From NCBI RefSeq assembly GCF_006345805.1, contig NC_043004.1, positions 67,828,001-67,892,000 on the forward strand: DNA of 64,000 nucleotides. The letters run 5' to 3'. Shown one piece after another: positions 28,429 to 43,711 of the stretch (its first letter is position 1; every line of letters starts with the position of its first letter). The position numbers were made by a program, and so were the translations under genes. The stretch comes from Octopus sinensis. Lineage: Eukaryota. Under the pieces are notes generated by a model. The model saw nothing but the letters and a program-made list of their open reading frames with translations. It ran no database searches and was not told the DNA's origin.

Positions 28429-28807
28429 CGTTTCCACTGAATTGAAGAATCAAGCCTTTTGGCGCTTGGTGCCAAAACATTCCATTGCCAACATTATCTC
28501 ATACTTTCAAATTGCCCCAATCCAACCACAATGCCAGTCTATCACAGACTTATTCCCAGCTCTAAGCACTTTTCTATGCGTTCCGTTATCTTGTGCGTTG
28601 AAGACAATGTTTGCCAAGAATTCAATGTTCCAGTCTTTAGGATGATATAAGATACAATTCTTTGAGGCTGAATATAAATCTTATATTCTCTAAAGAATTC
28701 AGTAAACATCGATTTTTTTCTGTCTCGATGATTCTTCATGCGGAATCAATCATGTAGAAAAGCCTGATATTTACGCATCACTTAAGGAATATTTTCGCTT
28801 TTCATAC
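28429..28807 (-). other. Candidate host-gene exon (mostly 5'UTR; possible start MFWHQAPKGLILQFSGN)
   Basis: Unique non-repetitive island bounded on the minus strand by tcatttttcag| and |gtatgc; no recognisable protein family. Confidence 0.25.
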
Positions 28808-28913
28808 CTGAAAAATGATTCTGGAATTTCACTTCTGCTGTTCATTGTTTACTGTGTGTTTTCTTATATTTCTTTTAGCTGGTTGCATCTTAATATTATA
28901 TATATATATGTAT

Positions 28914-29014
<101 letters not shown>

Positions 29015-29128
29015 ATACATATATGCGAGTGTGTACATATATTCAAAAACATATAAACGTTTAAGTATATATAGATGTGTGTGTATGTATACATATACAC
29101 TTGCATACGCATATACGTATGTGTATGA

Positions 29129-29177
<49 letters not shown>

Positions 29178-29774
29178 CGTGTGTATATGTATATATATAT
29201 ATCTGCACATGGACGATGTACATACAAACAAACACATACATTTGTATATATGTGTACATTTATGCACACTTATATGCGAGCACGTATATCTATATTTGTT
29301 ATGCTCGACACAACGCATTTGGCTAGAGTTTAAAGATTAGTTACGTTAAATGAATTATTAAAGATTATCACGGTTTTGAGTAGGAAGAAAATAATTTTAT
29401 CTATTTGCTTCCTGCTTTAATCATCCACCGATATTGTCTTTTAATGGCATTAATGGTGTATGGTTTCGTTATGTTTAATTATATTCAAATATCTTTGTGC
29501 CAAAAAATTACATCTTAAACATACGCGAACAAGCCACACCATATTATCTAACATATTTTTACATACACACATAAATATCATATGCACATATATATCATAT
29601 GCTCATATATATATATGTGCATGCTTGTGTGTATATACATGTGTATATGTCCGTGTGCGCGCATGTGTGTGTGTGTGTGTGTGTCTAGACGGATCCACGA
29701 GTGAAAATCCGCATAGAACGAGTAAGTGAAACGCGCTGTACGGCATACACACACAGACACACACACACACACAT

Positions 29775-29809
<35 letters not shown>

Positions 29810-30034
29810 CTTATATAATATTATATTATATTATATTATATTACTGGTTGTAGTCAGAGGTGGTGGTGTAATAATAAGGCACAGCCTTCTAGTGTAATAG
29901 GGTTTCATTTTGTATGGTTTCTGGTGAAGTAGAAGACGGAAATATTTTACTTGGTGCAACCTGCAATGATGTATGTGTGTATTTCTGTATGTGTGTACTT
30001 TTGTGTGTGTGTGTGTGTGTGTGTATGTGTGTGC

Positions 30035-30165
30035 TCATGTCTTTGAGACTGTTTTTATAAGCCCCACCACCGCTTGGCAATCGGCCTTGGTGTGATAGCG
30101 TCTTCGTAACCTGACGGTTCAGCGAAAGAGATCCGATGGAGTAAGTACCAGGTTAAAAAAAAATT
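30035..30165 (+). mobile_element. SINE family A 3' fragment
   Basis: ccccaccaccgcttggcaatcgg...cggttcagcgaaagaga...taagtaccagg, homologous to 18120-18230. Confidence 0.6.
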
Positions 30166-30329
30166 TACTGACAAAAAATTTAAGAAGTAAACCATAAAGG
30201 GTATATAATACAAAAATGTAAAAATTTTAAGTTAAAATTTGAAATAATTGGGGACTCCATCTTTTTACAAATTGAGTATGCGAAAGAATACCCATAGCTG
30301 CACGGTGATTGTATCATTATTATCAGGTG

Positions 30330-31440
30330 AAGGCAATGCAGGAAAACATTATAAAGGAATACAAAAACAAAAACATTAGAGATACTAGCAGAGCAGCATG
30401 AGGCACTTTGTAGCTACTTGTAAACGAAGACACAGTGTTAGAAGTAAATAGAGTAAAAAAAGGAACCATGAGCATATTGGAAACACCAGGAGATTGTTGG
30501 AATCGTCTGTCAAGCATTACGAGGACTTGGCAATTCCAGCTTCAAGAGCGGAAAACCACCATTGCCAGGGACAGGCGCTCATAAAGCAATTGATTCCTGA
30601 TTCAGTTGAGTAGGATCGCAAGGCGAAGGCAGCAGATCTTCCACACCAGGATCATTGAACGCAGTGAGTCCAATCGCTTGAACGCCCACTGATCTAGAGC
30701 AAACTTTGGTGCAACGACAAAAGAGGATTGCTTTTCCACCTTCTTGCTGTCACTGGCCTGTTGCCAACGCCAAACCAACTTAAAAGTTTGGATAAATAAA
30801 TAAAAGATCCATCTTCCAATGTGTGAAGTAACTCTTTGCACTCTGAACCACATTTTCAACGGATGCTCTCCGACAAAGAGAGAAGACCGATTCTAGGGAT
30901 ATCATGACAATTTCTTCAAGAAATTATCGATGGCTTGATGAGCAAGCAAAGGGTCGAGGCTAAAAAACACCAGCCTCCACCAAGGAAGGCTGTCAAATTC
31001 CAAAAGGAATCTGACAAAGTTTCCAAGGCGAAGGCAACGGAAAAGGAGCTATTTCCCATCCCGCGTTCAGATTAAGACTTGAAAATGCAAGCGGAACTGT
31101 GGGGCAGATATGTTTTCCCAGAGGAGATAGTGTTAATATCATTGCGACCAGATATGTGCCTCCACTCCAAGTAAACTAAATCAATCATTGTGATCTAACT
31201 CACGACCCCAGACAAAGAAATCGAAATATCAGAGCTTAGTTGACGAGGTCCCTGTCAAAGGCTGGCATGAGGTCTCATACCCCAGGGAAGTTTGCTGCCG
31301 CAGTTTTCCATGTATATCGTTGCGCTCTTTTCTGCAGAAGGTAAATCTGGAACCCGGACAGGTGTGGAATGCTACTAAGGAAACAGGCACGGTAGCTGAA
31401 ACTAGCTCAAGATGACTATAGTTCCTCAGATACTTCAAAT
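30330..31440 (+). mobile_element. HERO-like REL non-LTR retrotransposon 3' fragment
   Basis: NLKVW, CCHC remnant MCEVTLCTLNHIFNGC, DRF*GYHDNFF, SLRPDMCLHS..IVI*LTTP (PD-D/ExK), EVCCRSF, AETSSR*L*; resembles HERO motifs RPD..IELTVPWE, EVGCRGF, AE.SS.WLW. Confidence 0.7.
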
Positions 31441-31665
31441 GGAAACCTTTCGTAGTAGCGCCTCACTAAGGTTAAGCGTATAAGATCGCAGATTATATGG
31501 AAGGGATTCCATCATTGCAATGGATTTAGAGGATCTTGGAAAAGAACTGAGTGGCTCCTGTATTTTCTGCGTGGGGTGAAGCATCACTAATGTTTATATC
31601 ATCAACAAAATGATTGAATATTCCTCAACTGTGATTGTATTATTATTATTATTATTATTATTATT

Positions 31666-32226
31666 GAGTGAGAGAGCAGTTCATGCCATCAAAGTGACAC
31701 TGGGGTAATAAAATATACGAAGCCCAATATACCCATCATGACTACCCGTCTGATAAAGGTACACCAGGCACATGCATCACAACCATATGTGCGCGACATG
31801 GTGATCTCATATCAAGATAAACAGCACATGACCTTGCAGGTGGGGCCCAGTTTGAATTTTCTTCAGGTTGAGTAGCCCATCCCGCTCAAACGGTCCCCGA
31901 ATAAGGGTTGTTTAAGGATGTTGAAAGAACCACCCATGTTTCCGGAGGTGAACTATTCAAACCCCAAAGAATCCCTCTCAACACATGGCTATGATGCTCC
32001 CCCACTACTTCTGCTCGTGATCAGAGATGCACATATCGTCAGCCACTAAGGGACATGCTCAACTGGTTAAGGTCAAACAACTGACAAGCAAATCTGTGGT
32101 ATTGAGCAGAATATTTGCTGTAGCCCATCTTTTATACCAAGACAAAACAATGTACATGATAACACTTCCAATCAGTTAAGATCAGAAGCCATGAGAGCCA
32201 CTGCCTGGTACTGCATCAGGGCATTC
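31666..32226. mobile_element. ~560-bp non-coding interspersed element inserted in (TAT)n; copy 1
   Basis: Colinear end to end with 54053-54598; (TAT)n on both sides. Confidence 0.85.
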
Positions 32227-32275
<49 letters not shown>

Positions 32276-32289
32276 CGTCCTTATTATTA

Positions 32290-32351
<62 letters not shown>

Positions 32352-34355
32352 TATTATCTAGAGAAGAAAAGGTTGAAAAATATACTAGACATCCAAATGT
32401 GGATACAAGGTGTGCTTCATAAGTACCTGTAAATGGAGACAGTGTGTTACACTTAAACACAGCATGGGTTCCTGTACAACCTGTGGCATGATTGGGTCAT
32501 TGGCATCTAAACCAAAAGGATGAATGAATCGAGTGCAGACTCAACGACTCTCAAGCAATAACACCTGCCTTCAGGAATTCCAGCCTGCTGGAAGACCACT
32601 CGGTGTGGGACACTTCTCAGGTTTTATGAACGCATGTCGATAAGAGGTCACTCTAATATAAATGGAAAGGCATCAGGAATTTTAAGGATCATTTGCTTGC
32701 GACTGCGCTCATGGCAGCCCCGTATTCCTGAGCTGGCAACTCATATTAGCACAATACATATTGGCTCAGTTTGTCTCTGGATCATGTCAGTAGGGTGGAG
32801 AGGATCATGAAGTGTCTTCGAAGCTGTATAATATCTACAATTCGGCACAGACATTGCTATAACGATAGTCATATTCGTCTACGTATGTATGTATGTAGAC
32901 AGTGTATTTATAACTTGAACTCCGCTCAGATGAAGACAATGAGAGATATACTACTTCTAAATTTGATGTAGTCCACAAATACTTTTGACCGGTATTCTTA
33001 CATAATAATTTGATGTTTCTCCTAAGTCGTTCTTCTATGGAAATGATATCAGAAATCTATAGAGAATTGTTATTTACAATGACTATTAAATGTTGTCTAT
33101 CTTATAATCTGTTTGTAGGACATTGTCAGATGTGTAGCAGAAGTGATATTTTGTGTGTTTTTTCTCACCTTATGAAAAATTAATTCAAATAACTTTTGTT
33201 AATAATGAAAAGTATTCGCGTTTAAAATTTCAAGTGAACAAACCAAATAAGTAATGTATTCTGTAGTGTAAGCTGAAATAAAATGTAACTAACTGATACG
33301 AAGTAGATAATGGTTTTTTTTTTTCATTTTAGAAACGAAATTAAAAATAATGTGGCGAGTTCTTAAATAAATATTTTATATTAGATTGGTTATACTGATA
33401 TGTTAAGTATCTAGTTAATGCATAAATACGGCCCTTTTTTTTAAATGCAATTTGCATTTATTGAAATATAAAAGTTTCCAAGTGTGTGTATTAAAAATAT
33501 TTATCTAAATGGTGTTGGTATATTTGCATACATATCATATTATCTTCTAATGGTACGTACTTAATTGTGAATCGTCTAAAACAGGAACAAAATTTTGCAA
33601 TAATATTTTTAAATGGAAGTTTACAAAGAAATATCTTTTCCTATGCGTTTTTGGTTTAATCTTTATCGAACAAAAAGGCAACGTCGTTAAATACGCATAT
33701 ATTTTAAACACTAGCATAAGTTGCTCATGCATAATCTTTGCAATGTCACATGTCGGAACCGAGGTTTCGTTCAACAATTGTTCGGTTAATGTAACAAATA
33801 AAAAGACTGTGAAACATTTCCGAAACCCTGACGTATGCGAGAGACGTATACATTGATTTGGACAAAACTTTGTAGATTATTGATGTTTAATTTTTTTTAT
33901 TACCATAATTATTAAAATTATGTGACGAATACACGCAGATACTACCACACACAAAGCTGAATTCAGTAATTTGAAATCGAAACTATAAAAGAAAAAGAAA
34001 ACATTGACGCAATTTGAAACACAAAATGGTGTGATATAACTTAGGAAATTTTTATTAGAAATATGCTGCTGATAATAGCAACAGTATAAATGTATATACT
34101 ATTTTTAAAACCAAATAAGCGTCAAGAGTTAGGCATATGTTTCATTGAGCTCTAATTATAGAGTTGTCATAGAATATGAACCAATTTTCAAAATTATCGC
34201 TAAGATCAGGGGGAAAATGGTAAAAGTTGTTAAAATAACACAAATGTGAAAGACGAAGTAAATGACGGATACATTATTATGGTTATGTAATGTAGAATGT
34301 GAATTTGCACACCTAAGCTGTATAGATATATATATAGGCATATATACTGAAAGAG

Positions 34356-34409
<54 letters not shown>

Positions 34410-34684
34410 ACGTACGTCTGTGTCTATGTATGTATGCATGTATACAGATATATATATATATATACGCAAAGATTTATTTGTCTTTGTGTATGCGTGCGTG
34501 CCTGCATATACTTAGTCATGTACTAGTATACAGTCATACAAATATACAGAAGCTAATACGAAATAGATGGATAAGCATCAAATGCCAAAGTCTGAAATTT
34601 CTCTCCCACAACCATGACCAGTAAAATAACATTGAAATTCCACAAACTTAACATTGACTGCTATGCATACATAAGTAAAATATA

Positions 34685-37410
34685 ATTTTATTTTATTTAC
34701 TAAGGCCTATACCCCATAGGAGAAGGTAGCCACAACAAGACATTCCATTCATTTCCAAGGTCAAAGAGACGGGCCCCGTCTATGCTTGGGTCAAGATATA
34801 GAAAGCCATCCTTTAAACCAGCAACGGGGCACGACAGCATATGTTGGTTTACCCCCACTGCATCATACTGGTTCCGTAACCCTTTGAGCAACATCAAATT
34901 CACTCGTCCGTCCACAAACACTCTCCAAGCTTTTGTATCATTGATAAACCCTCCTGCCTCTCTCACTCCAACACATCTAACCACCAAAGTTTTCTTCACT
35001 CTATCCGACCACATAAACCGAGGTCTGCATCTGGTTCTGCTGCCTACCACTTCTGCCTTCATCACTCCTCCTTACCATCCGCTCCTCATTCATCCTCTGC
35101 ATGAGACAAAACCACCTCAACATTCATTTATCCATTCCGGTACATAGATTTTCTCTCATTCCTCCTCTCCTCATTCCTCATCCTGTCCATCCATGTCACA
35201 GCAACCAGAGCCCTCAAACACCTCAGCTGAAACATACTTCGTCACCTCTTTTTCGCCTCTCTCAGACCCCACGTCTCTGCACGGTATAACATTGTCGGCA
35301 CAATAACGCCCTTATACACACCACTTTTTACTTTCATAGTCAAACTTTTACCTCTCAGCATACCTTTCACATCTCCAAGTATCTAACTCCACTCCTTCGT
35401 AGTTATCAACACTCCACCATCTACTAGACACAACCTAAACACCTGCCACATTGCCTTCCCTGGGTCCATAAAGGCCTAATATACATCCCTCCCTTTTGCC
35501 AAAAAATTCTCACAAATCTGCCTTACTACAAATATCTGATCTGCACACTCCCTTCCACTCCTAAAACCGCACTGCTCCTCACTTAGTACATTCTGTCTAG
35601 TTCATTACCCTTACAATAAGAATTCTTCCATACAGTTTACCAGCCACACATAACAGGATTATACCCCTAAAATTTCCACACACACATTTATCCCCTTTCC
35701 CCTTGTACAGGCTCTGCACCAGTAACTTCGTGCTCTTCTATCCATATAACAAACATTCATAAGTCTCACTAACCAGTCAATGACTATCCTCCTTTCTTTA
35801 GGCATTCCATTATACAACCATCTATACCTGGCGCTTTCCGCTTTACCATCTTCCGCAAAGATACCCTCACCTCTTCCCATTCAATTGTACCGTAGTTCCA
35901 TCCTCCACCAACAGGCATTCTCCTTTTTCCTCCTACAGCCACTATACGTGCCTCCACTATCATCCTCCACATGTATCAGCTCACAAAAATACTCTGCCTA
36001 TCTCCTTTGTACATCCTCTCTTCCTTTTTCGTTTACATCATTTTCGTTTACATCATTCACCTTTTCTTCCTTTTCCCCAACTATCTTCTTTACTTCTTTC
36101 CAGAACATATTTTTTTTTATTTCTTACAATATGTTCACTCAAATTTTACATGAACCTTTCACTCACCTCCCATTTCGCCACCTTCACCACACTCTTCACT
36201 CTGCACTTCACTCTGTAACGATCATAAGCCTATCCACCCCTTTTCTGCAACTGCTCTTCAAAGTCCTTTTACTTGTCTGCCACTGCACCCCTTACCTGCT
36301 CTTTCCACCACTGACTACCTTTCCTCACTACCATTGCAACCACTCGTGTACCACATAATTCAGAGGCACATCTCATTACTGTCTCTTTAAAGGTCTTCTA
36401 CTCCTCATCCACCTCTCCTATCTCCTATTTCTTAACCTGTTCATATTCACCTCTCAGTGTCTCTACAAAATCCTGATCCTTCTCTCTCCTCTCCAGTTCA
36501 CTCACCTCCACAACCTCTCCCCTTCCTGTCACTCGTATAGCATTCCATTTTGAGCATGACTTCAACTTACACTGAACTAAGAAGCGATCTGACACTCCTC
36601 CACCTTCACCTCTCATTACATGCATATCCACCAACCTTCCCACCACTTTCTTATAAATTAATCCATCACGCTCTTATCCCCTACTGTTCCTCCCTCCACC
36701 CTCCTGCATGTGAACTTGTTTTTCTCCAACCAACAATCCCTGCCCCATGCACATTTCCGATAACCCTCTCATTCTGACCAGGAACTCGATATTTACATAC
36801 TACTTTGTCAACTTTCTCATTTCCCACTCGTGCATTCAAATTACTGAAAACCACCAAATAGCCACATTTTCCCCACCCCATCCACACACTCTCTAGAAGC
36901 CATCTACGTCTTCCTCACTCCTTTCACTTCCTGGACCATATACATTGAAAACACCCACATCTCCCCTCCACACTTCATCTGAACCCACATTAACTTTCAA
37001 GACACTTCCCTCCACTCTATCACGCTCTCCTACACACACGCACCATCCTCCGCCACTCCCGAAACTCGTCCGGTCACATCACCAAATTGGTACTCTCCGT
37101 TACTTTTCATCTTAGTTTCGCTCAGTGTCATCACATCCATCATACTCCTCATCATCACACTCCCTAAGTCTCTCCTCCTTAACTCATTTGTACTGCACCC
37201 ACGCACATTCTATGACCCTAGTACTAGGGTGGGATTTGGTGCTAACTTTCTCCCACCCTTTTGTCTCTTTCATGTCTTTTGAGGAAACAGAATTACTAGC
37301 AGGAGAGGATTCCCAGTCCCTTCTCTCCCAACCCTTTTAATCTCATCTTAGACCACGCAGGGAATGCGGCGGCTACATTCTACCGGTCCCCACCACAGTC
37401 ACAGGGAGTT
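34685..37410 (-). mobile_element. RTE-clade LINE, near full length but decayed, RT core internally deleted
   Basis: APE motifs ETKMK, NVYGP, SNLNARVG; RT motifs RKAPGIDG, EEQCGFRSGRECADQIF, AFMD; C-terminal PTMLYRAETW and RCRPRFMWSDRV; (TAAAA)n tail at 34685-34700. The QG/YxDD region is missing near 35450. Confidence 0.85.
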
Positions 37411-37429
37411 TGCTAGTTAACCCATAGGT

Positions 37430-37572
37430 GTGACTCATACAAGTGCTACCACTCCGGGTCAGAATAGAACTGGGAACAATAGTGGCTAAAGAGTGATTCC
37501 ACACACTTGAAATCCTGAAAACAGGAAGCCAGGACCCATCTACTGGATGAGTTTAGAGTCATTCCCAGGACA
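37430..37572. mobile_element. Probable SINE-like fragment
   Basis: ctaccactccgggtcaga...gtcattcccaggaca resembles mollusc short-repeat sequence; only one copy in the window. Confidence 0.3.
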
Positions 37573-38324
37573 ATATACAATGCATAAAATGGTCATACAC
37601 AGAACGAATGTCGTAGGATAAATATAAAAACAGCCTCGTTGTTGGATATAATCCTAAACGTCAATACAAAAGATATTGGTGGAATTTTGCAATCAAAAAT
37701 TTTACAATTTGTAAACAACAGGCCAGATAGCTCTGCTTGAGTCGGAGAAGAGCAGTACATACCGTAATGGAGATTAGCTGCTCTGATGGTGTAAATATTT
37801 CTTAAAAAATTGAAGACTTACAAAATAGCAACAGATTATAGTTTTTTAAACCTCCAGCCTCTATAATAACCAAATTAAGAATTCACATTTGAATACATAA
37901 AAACCGTTGCATTTCGTTTTCTAAATAAATACCTACATGACAATATGAAAAGCGGGGCTTTTCACAAAATTAAATCAACGAACAATCGCGCACATATAAA
38001 TCCAATTTGAAGTGGAACAGACAAACAGTACACTCAACAATAAAAGTAATCTATCTAGTGAGAGATAAATGTCATTTAATGTACACCGTGTTAAAGTATG
38101 AGCTACTAAGAGTTTCATGCAATGGAGACACCGTAACTTTATAAACCGAAAACTTCTCTCTCCATGCACTCATTCATTCAAAGTAAGTGCACATGGTTAG
38201 TTATATTGGAAAAACGAAATAGTAAACCGTGTACACTGAGAGTGAGAGAGTGCTTGGAAAGAGGTGGAACGTTATATTATTCTATGCGTGCGTGTGTTTG
38301 TGTACGCACGTACGTCTGTGGATC

Positions 38325-38860
38325 AACACATTCAAAAGGCATCAGATGTGTTTGAGAATCTTGAAAAGGGATTCTGGACAAATCGCAACATCACCATAAT
38401 GAACAGGCCGAGAGTACTAAAGGGTTTATTTGAAGCATGTGTATGCTTCCGAAGATGGTTGTGCGCTGTTATCAAAGCTGTTTGTCGCGCATAATCAACA
38501 TCAAGCGGCAGATTAAAACACCCAACGAAGAACCCCTTGAAAAATTTAGATGCACGAGTATCCAGTCACCCCTCATGTCTATTCACAAGCGTTGGGCTGT
38601 CTATGTTGTGCATGTGGGAGATAACAAGATTGCAAAGCAGTAGTTCTACGGTGAGTCGTCATGTACAAATCTTCATCAGCAGAAGCCACACGAAAGGTAC
38701 AAAGACTGCATAAAAGGGAATGTAAAGAACTACAAATAAATATAAAATACAGAGAAGGAATACCTTTGGAAGGACCTGGGCGGATGAAACGGATGGGAAA
38801 CGGATGGGAAACTTTTGAAGAGGGTCACCATGAGGACGAAAGCCTAAGGTGCTGGCCTTA
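38325..38860 (+). mobile_element. RTE-like LINE 3' fragment
   Basis: IQKASDVFENL..FWTNRNI, CLSRIINIKRQIKTPNEE.LE, RWAVYVV, KQ*FYGE, RYKDCIK. Confidence 0.7.
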
Positions 38861-39081
38861 GATTGAACGTCATCAGAACTTCAGCGAATACATAAAGTGT
38901 TGAATGTGTGGAATACGATACCGTGTGACGCTTAACGTCCAATTACCTGAAGCCCTATAAAAAACCAACTCCAAACAACGTCCACCCACCGAGGCCGTAT
39001 GATTCATCGTGTGCAGCCGGTGAAAGTTCTCGCAAGGTGATTTCAGAACGGAAGAGATACACAGACATTCCAGAGGGAACG

Positions 39082-39540
39082 TACCGTAAATCCTAGAGTA
39101 TAGTCCGCCCTTGAGTAAAATACGCAGGGGATTTGGGGGTGGGGGGTGGGCTGTACCTTTGAGAAACCTAAACTTCGTGTATAATGCGCACCCCTTCTCT
39201 ATCTTCAGTCGTGCGTAACAAAGTTAGCAGCAACTAGTCGAACAAACTAATTCCGCGCATGCGTAATACAATGATCGTGATGTTCTTAACTGTTATATGG
39301 GAATGTAAATATGTTTGTAAATTGTTTTTGTTACATGTTATTCTGTGCTCTGAATACTTTTATTTTAATAAGTGTTGCTTACTGCAAGTTATGGATGATT
39401 CTTTTATGACTTCATTGCTTTCAGGCTTCGCTTAAGGTACTTTTGCGCCCGACATCACAAAATGCGTCTAAAGATACATTGCCGGACAGCAAATAGTTAC
39501 GCAGAAATTGTTTAGAAAATATTGTTCATTTTTAACCTCG
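39082..39540 (+). mobile_element. Tc2/pogo-like DNA transposon terminus (truncated)
   Basis: taccgtaaatcctagagtatagtccgc followed by subterminal repeats (gagtaaaatacgca, gtgtataatgcgca); no matching second TIR found. Confidence 0.45.
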
Positions 39541-40366
39541 TATATAGTACGCAATAGGGATATATATATATATTAACGCATATGCGTCCAAATATATTAA
39601 AATTATTCGTATGTGTATAATTTATTAAGTATGCATACATATACACAAGTGTGCATATATATTTATATATATATATGTATGTCCATAGAGGAATATATAG
39701 AAATACACTGGAAAGGGTTATGTCTACATATTTATGCCTCTTTGTGTCCATATGTGCGTGTGCGTGCTGGTGAGTGTGTGCGTATGTGTGTGTATCTGTG
39801 CTCGCATATGTGTTCGTCTGTACGTATATACGGGTATATATAATGTGCAAAAAAGAGACAGTGGAGAGTACGGCAATAAAACAACAATGTCTCTCGTTGA
39901 AATTTTACGGCTGCACATTAATGAATAGATTTTTCTCGATCATTTGACACTGGGCGAAATATTCTGTAAGATGACACAATTAAAAGTATTTTGAGTGATA
40001 ACAGCCCAAAAGATGGTTTATGTTACGTCAGGGAAAGTTGTTAAAATTATTGCTACTATAATTAATGGCATTTTATTTCATTTTATTACTCCGAGCAGAC
40101 ATCTTGTTTTTATACAAAACTTATTCCTCAAGTGGATGCCATGTCATATCACCGCCTCTGTTAGTCAATGTAACGACTCTCTCGATCAGCCTCGTATATG
40201 ATTCTCGTCATTATAGATATACCTTAATATACATATATATATTAAATATATATATATATATATATATTATATATAATATATATATATGCATTTGTATACA
40301 TATATATATACATATCTACATATACATACGTATATATATATGTATATATGTATACATATATATATG

Positions 40367-40435
<69 letters not shown>

Positions 40436-40488
40436 TACATTTATATCTGAGTGATGGTGCGTATAGAAATATATATATGATTGTGTAT

Positions 40489-40520
<32 letters not shown>

Positions 40521-40731
40521 GATATATATATATATAGATAGATAGATGATATAGATATATACATATATATGCATTAAGGATATAATAAGATATAAAATAC
40601 ATAAACAACACACATTCACGAACATACGTACACACATACACACACATAAACATATATACAGAGTCAGACAAAATACGGCAAAAGACAAATGTTTAAGTGT
40701 TTAAGAATGTATGGGTGAGTGTGTATGTAAG

Positions 40732-40764
<33 letters not shown>

Positions 40765-41083
40765 TATATATAAACGTGTATATTTTAAATCCTTCCTCTT
40801 CCATTCTCCATACTTATAATTTTTTTTTTCTTATCGCACTGACATTCGTGTCACTTATTTATTACAGACCCAAATATCATAGCTGATATTGCTCTTATAA
40901 ACGTGAATATATACATTTATGTATATTCGTACGTATGTATGGTTATACCTGTCTATGAATGTATGTACTTTTGCTTTTGTTTTGTAGGTGTAGTTTTGTA
41001 GATCTCTCGTAGACGTAATAAAATCTACAACAAACTAAAACACATAATATGTCTCGCAGACATTCTATATATCTATGTGCATA

Positions 41084-41135
<52 letters not shown>

Positions 41136-41147
41136 ATATATATATAG

Positions 41148-41178
<31 letters not shown>

Positions 41179-41231
41179 CATATATATATACATATATATA
41201 TAGTACAAACACATAGATGTATATATGCATT

Positions 41232-41282
<51 letters not shown>

Positions 41283-41517
41283 GTATTTATGCATATATAG
41301 ATTTATAGATGTGTATTGCACATACATGATACATGCATGTCTCTAGCAACCGTTATATATATGTGTGTATGCATGTATGTATGCACGTACATGTGTATAT
41401 ATCTAAGTATACAAGTACATATATATGCATACGTTGGGACTATATTTTACTTGTTCGTGCTTGTATATATGTATATCAATCCGTATATATATGTGTATGT
41501 ATATATATAAATATAAA

Positions 41518-41569
<52 letters not shown>

Positions 41570-42106
41570 TATGCATGTACACATACATATACGTAGACAA
41601 ATGTATCTATATACATATATACACACACACACATACGGAGCACGCTTAGTTTAGAAGCCGCACATTAACGCATCCATCACCATTGAATTGAATATTTCGC
41701 TTATTTCCCTTACGATCATTTTCTAAATCTAACACCGTCGGCGTAAGTATAAACATCAAAGAATGATTAATGGGTTATCAAGCATTCACACATCAGATGT
41801 TTTAACAGATTTCCCTAGTTTACTACACAAATAGCGCAGAAAGCTAGCAAGTAGCAAACAAACAACCAAGGAAAGTTATATATATATATATATGTATATC
41901 TTTTTGCCTGTGCCAGTGTATGTGTCCGTCGTGTTTCTGAGTGTCAGACTCTGCGTATATGTGTGCATGTATTTATACAGGTATAAATACAGTCTACAGT
42001 GATTGAAATCACAGTTCGTAAAGCACATACACACACACTCACATGTATGTATGTATGTATGTGTATTTGCATATATGTATAAAATATATTTAGATTTGAA
42101 TGTATA

Positions 42107-42505
<399 letters not shown>

Positions 42506-43680
42506 GTAGATATAAATGCATGTATGTATACATATATATTTTTATACATAAGTACATATAAAATATATAATGTTATTTATGGGCCTGGAACTTTGGGATT
42601 TTATTTGGGTGTGTTTGTGTGTGTAAAGATATATTTATGTAGAAAGATACACACATGAAGACATATGGTATATATACACGCATATACACACATATATATA
42701 TGTATGTGTATACATATTTATATTTCAATATATACGTACAGTTAAGCATATTTATACATGTATAATCGTGTAGGTGTATGTTTAAGCGACCTGTGCTTTG
42801 TGATTGCGTTCTAGTTTTATCGTTTTATGATGATCAAAATATCATTGGCATTAAAATCTACATATATTTGAAAGACATAAAACATATTCTTCTGATGCCA
42901 AACATATTTCATATTTTAATTTTTTCAATGAAAAGTTCCAGAAATGTCTACTATGGGTGAATTCTTGGGACTTTACTGCAGCAAACCAACTGCAAGAATT
43001 TATAACATATGCGAAAAATATTTACAAAATATAAACGTCAAAATATAGACATGTATTCACGAAGACATGTATTCAATAATTCTTTGCTTAAAATTCGCCT
43101 ATGTATGATTTACTTAACCTATTTGTGTCATAGTTTTAGATTTGGACGCCGCAATTTTCTTCTGGAAAATTCCGTTTTTATTCGTTTTAAAAAATTCAAA
43201 ATAAAATTGACAGATCAGTGAAAGTGTATCAACGTCGGCTTCATCGTGAGAGCAATAGATGCAGATTTCACCGTTCGTGAATTTTGTCAATGTCACCTAC
43301 TTGGATCCTTTTGGAAGTGAGATCTCATTTTTACAAAAAAACATTCCAGCACCGGTTCCAATCATTGAGACATATTCAACTGTCGGCGTGGAAAACAATT
43401 AATTTTGGGAAAAATTAAAAGAAACGTGTTCAAATACAGGTGACATCCTTTCTTGTTACTCCCACACAACTACCGTGAGCCCACAAGAGAGACAGAGACA
43501 GGCAGAGACAAGGAAAATGCCACTTGTATTTGTACACCATGCAAATATTCTTTTAAAATAAGTTTCCTTTTAATTTTTCTAAAATTTAATTGTTTTCCAT
43601 ACTTGCAGATGAAAAAGTCTCAATGACTGAAACCGGTACTGAAATGTTTTTCATAAAGTTATTTTAGCTTTCTCTATCTT

Positions 43681-43711
<31 letters not shown>

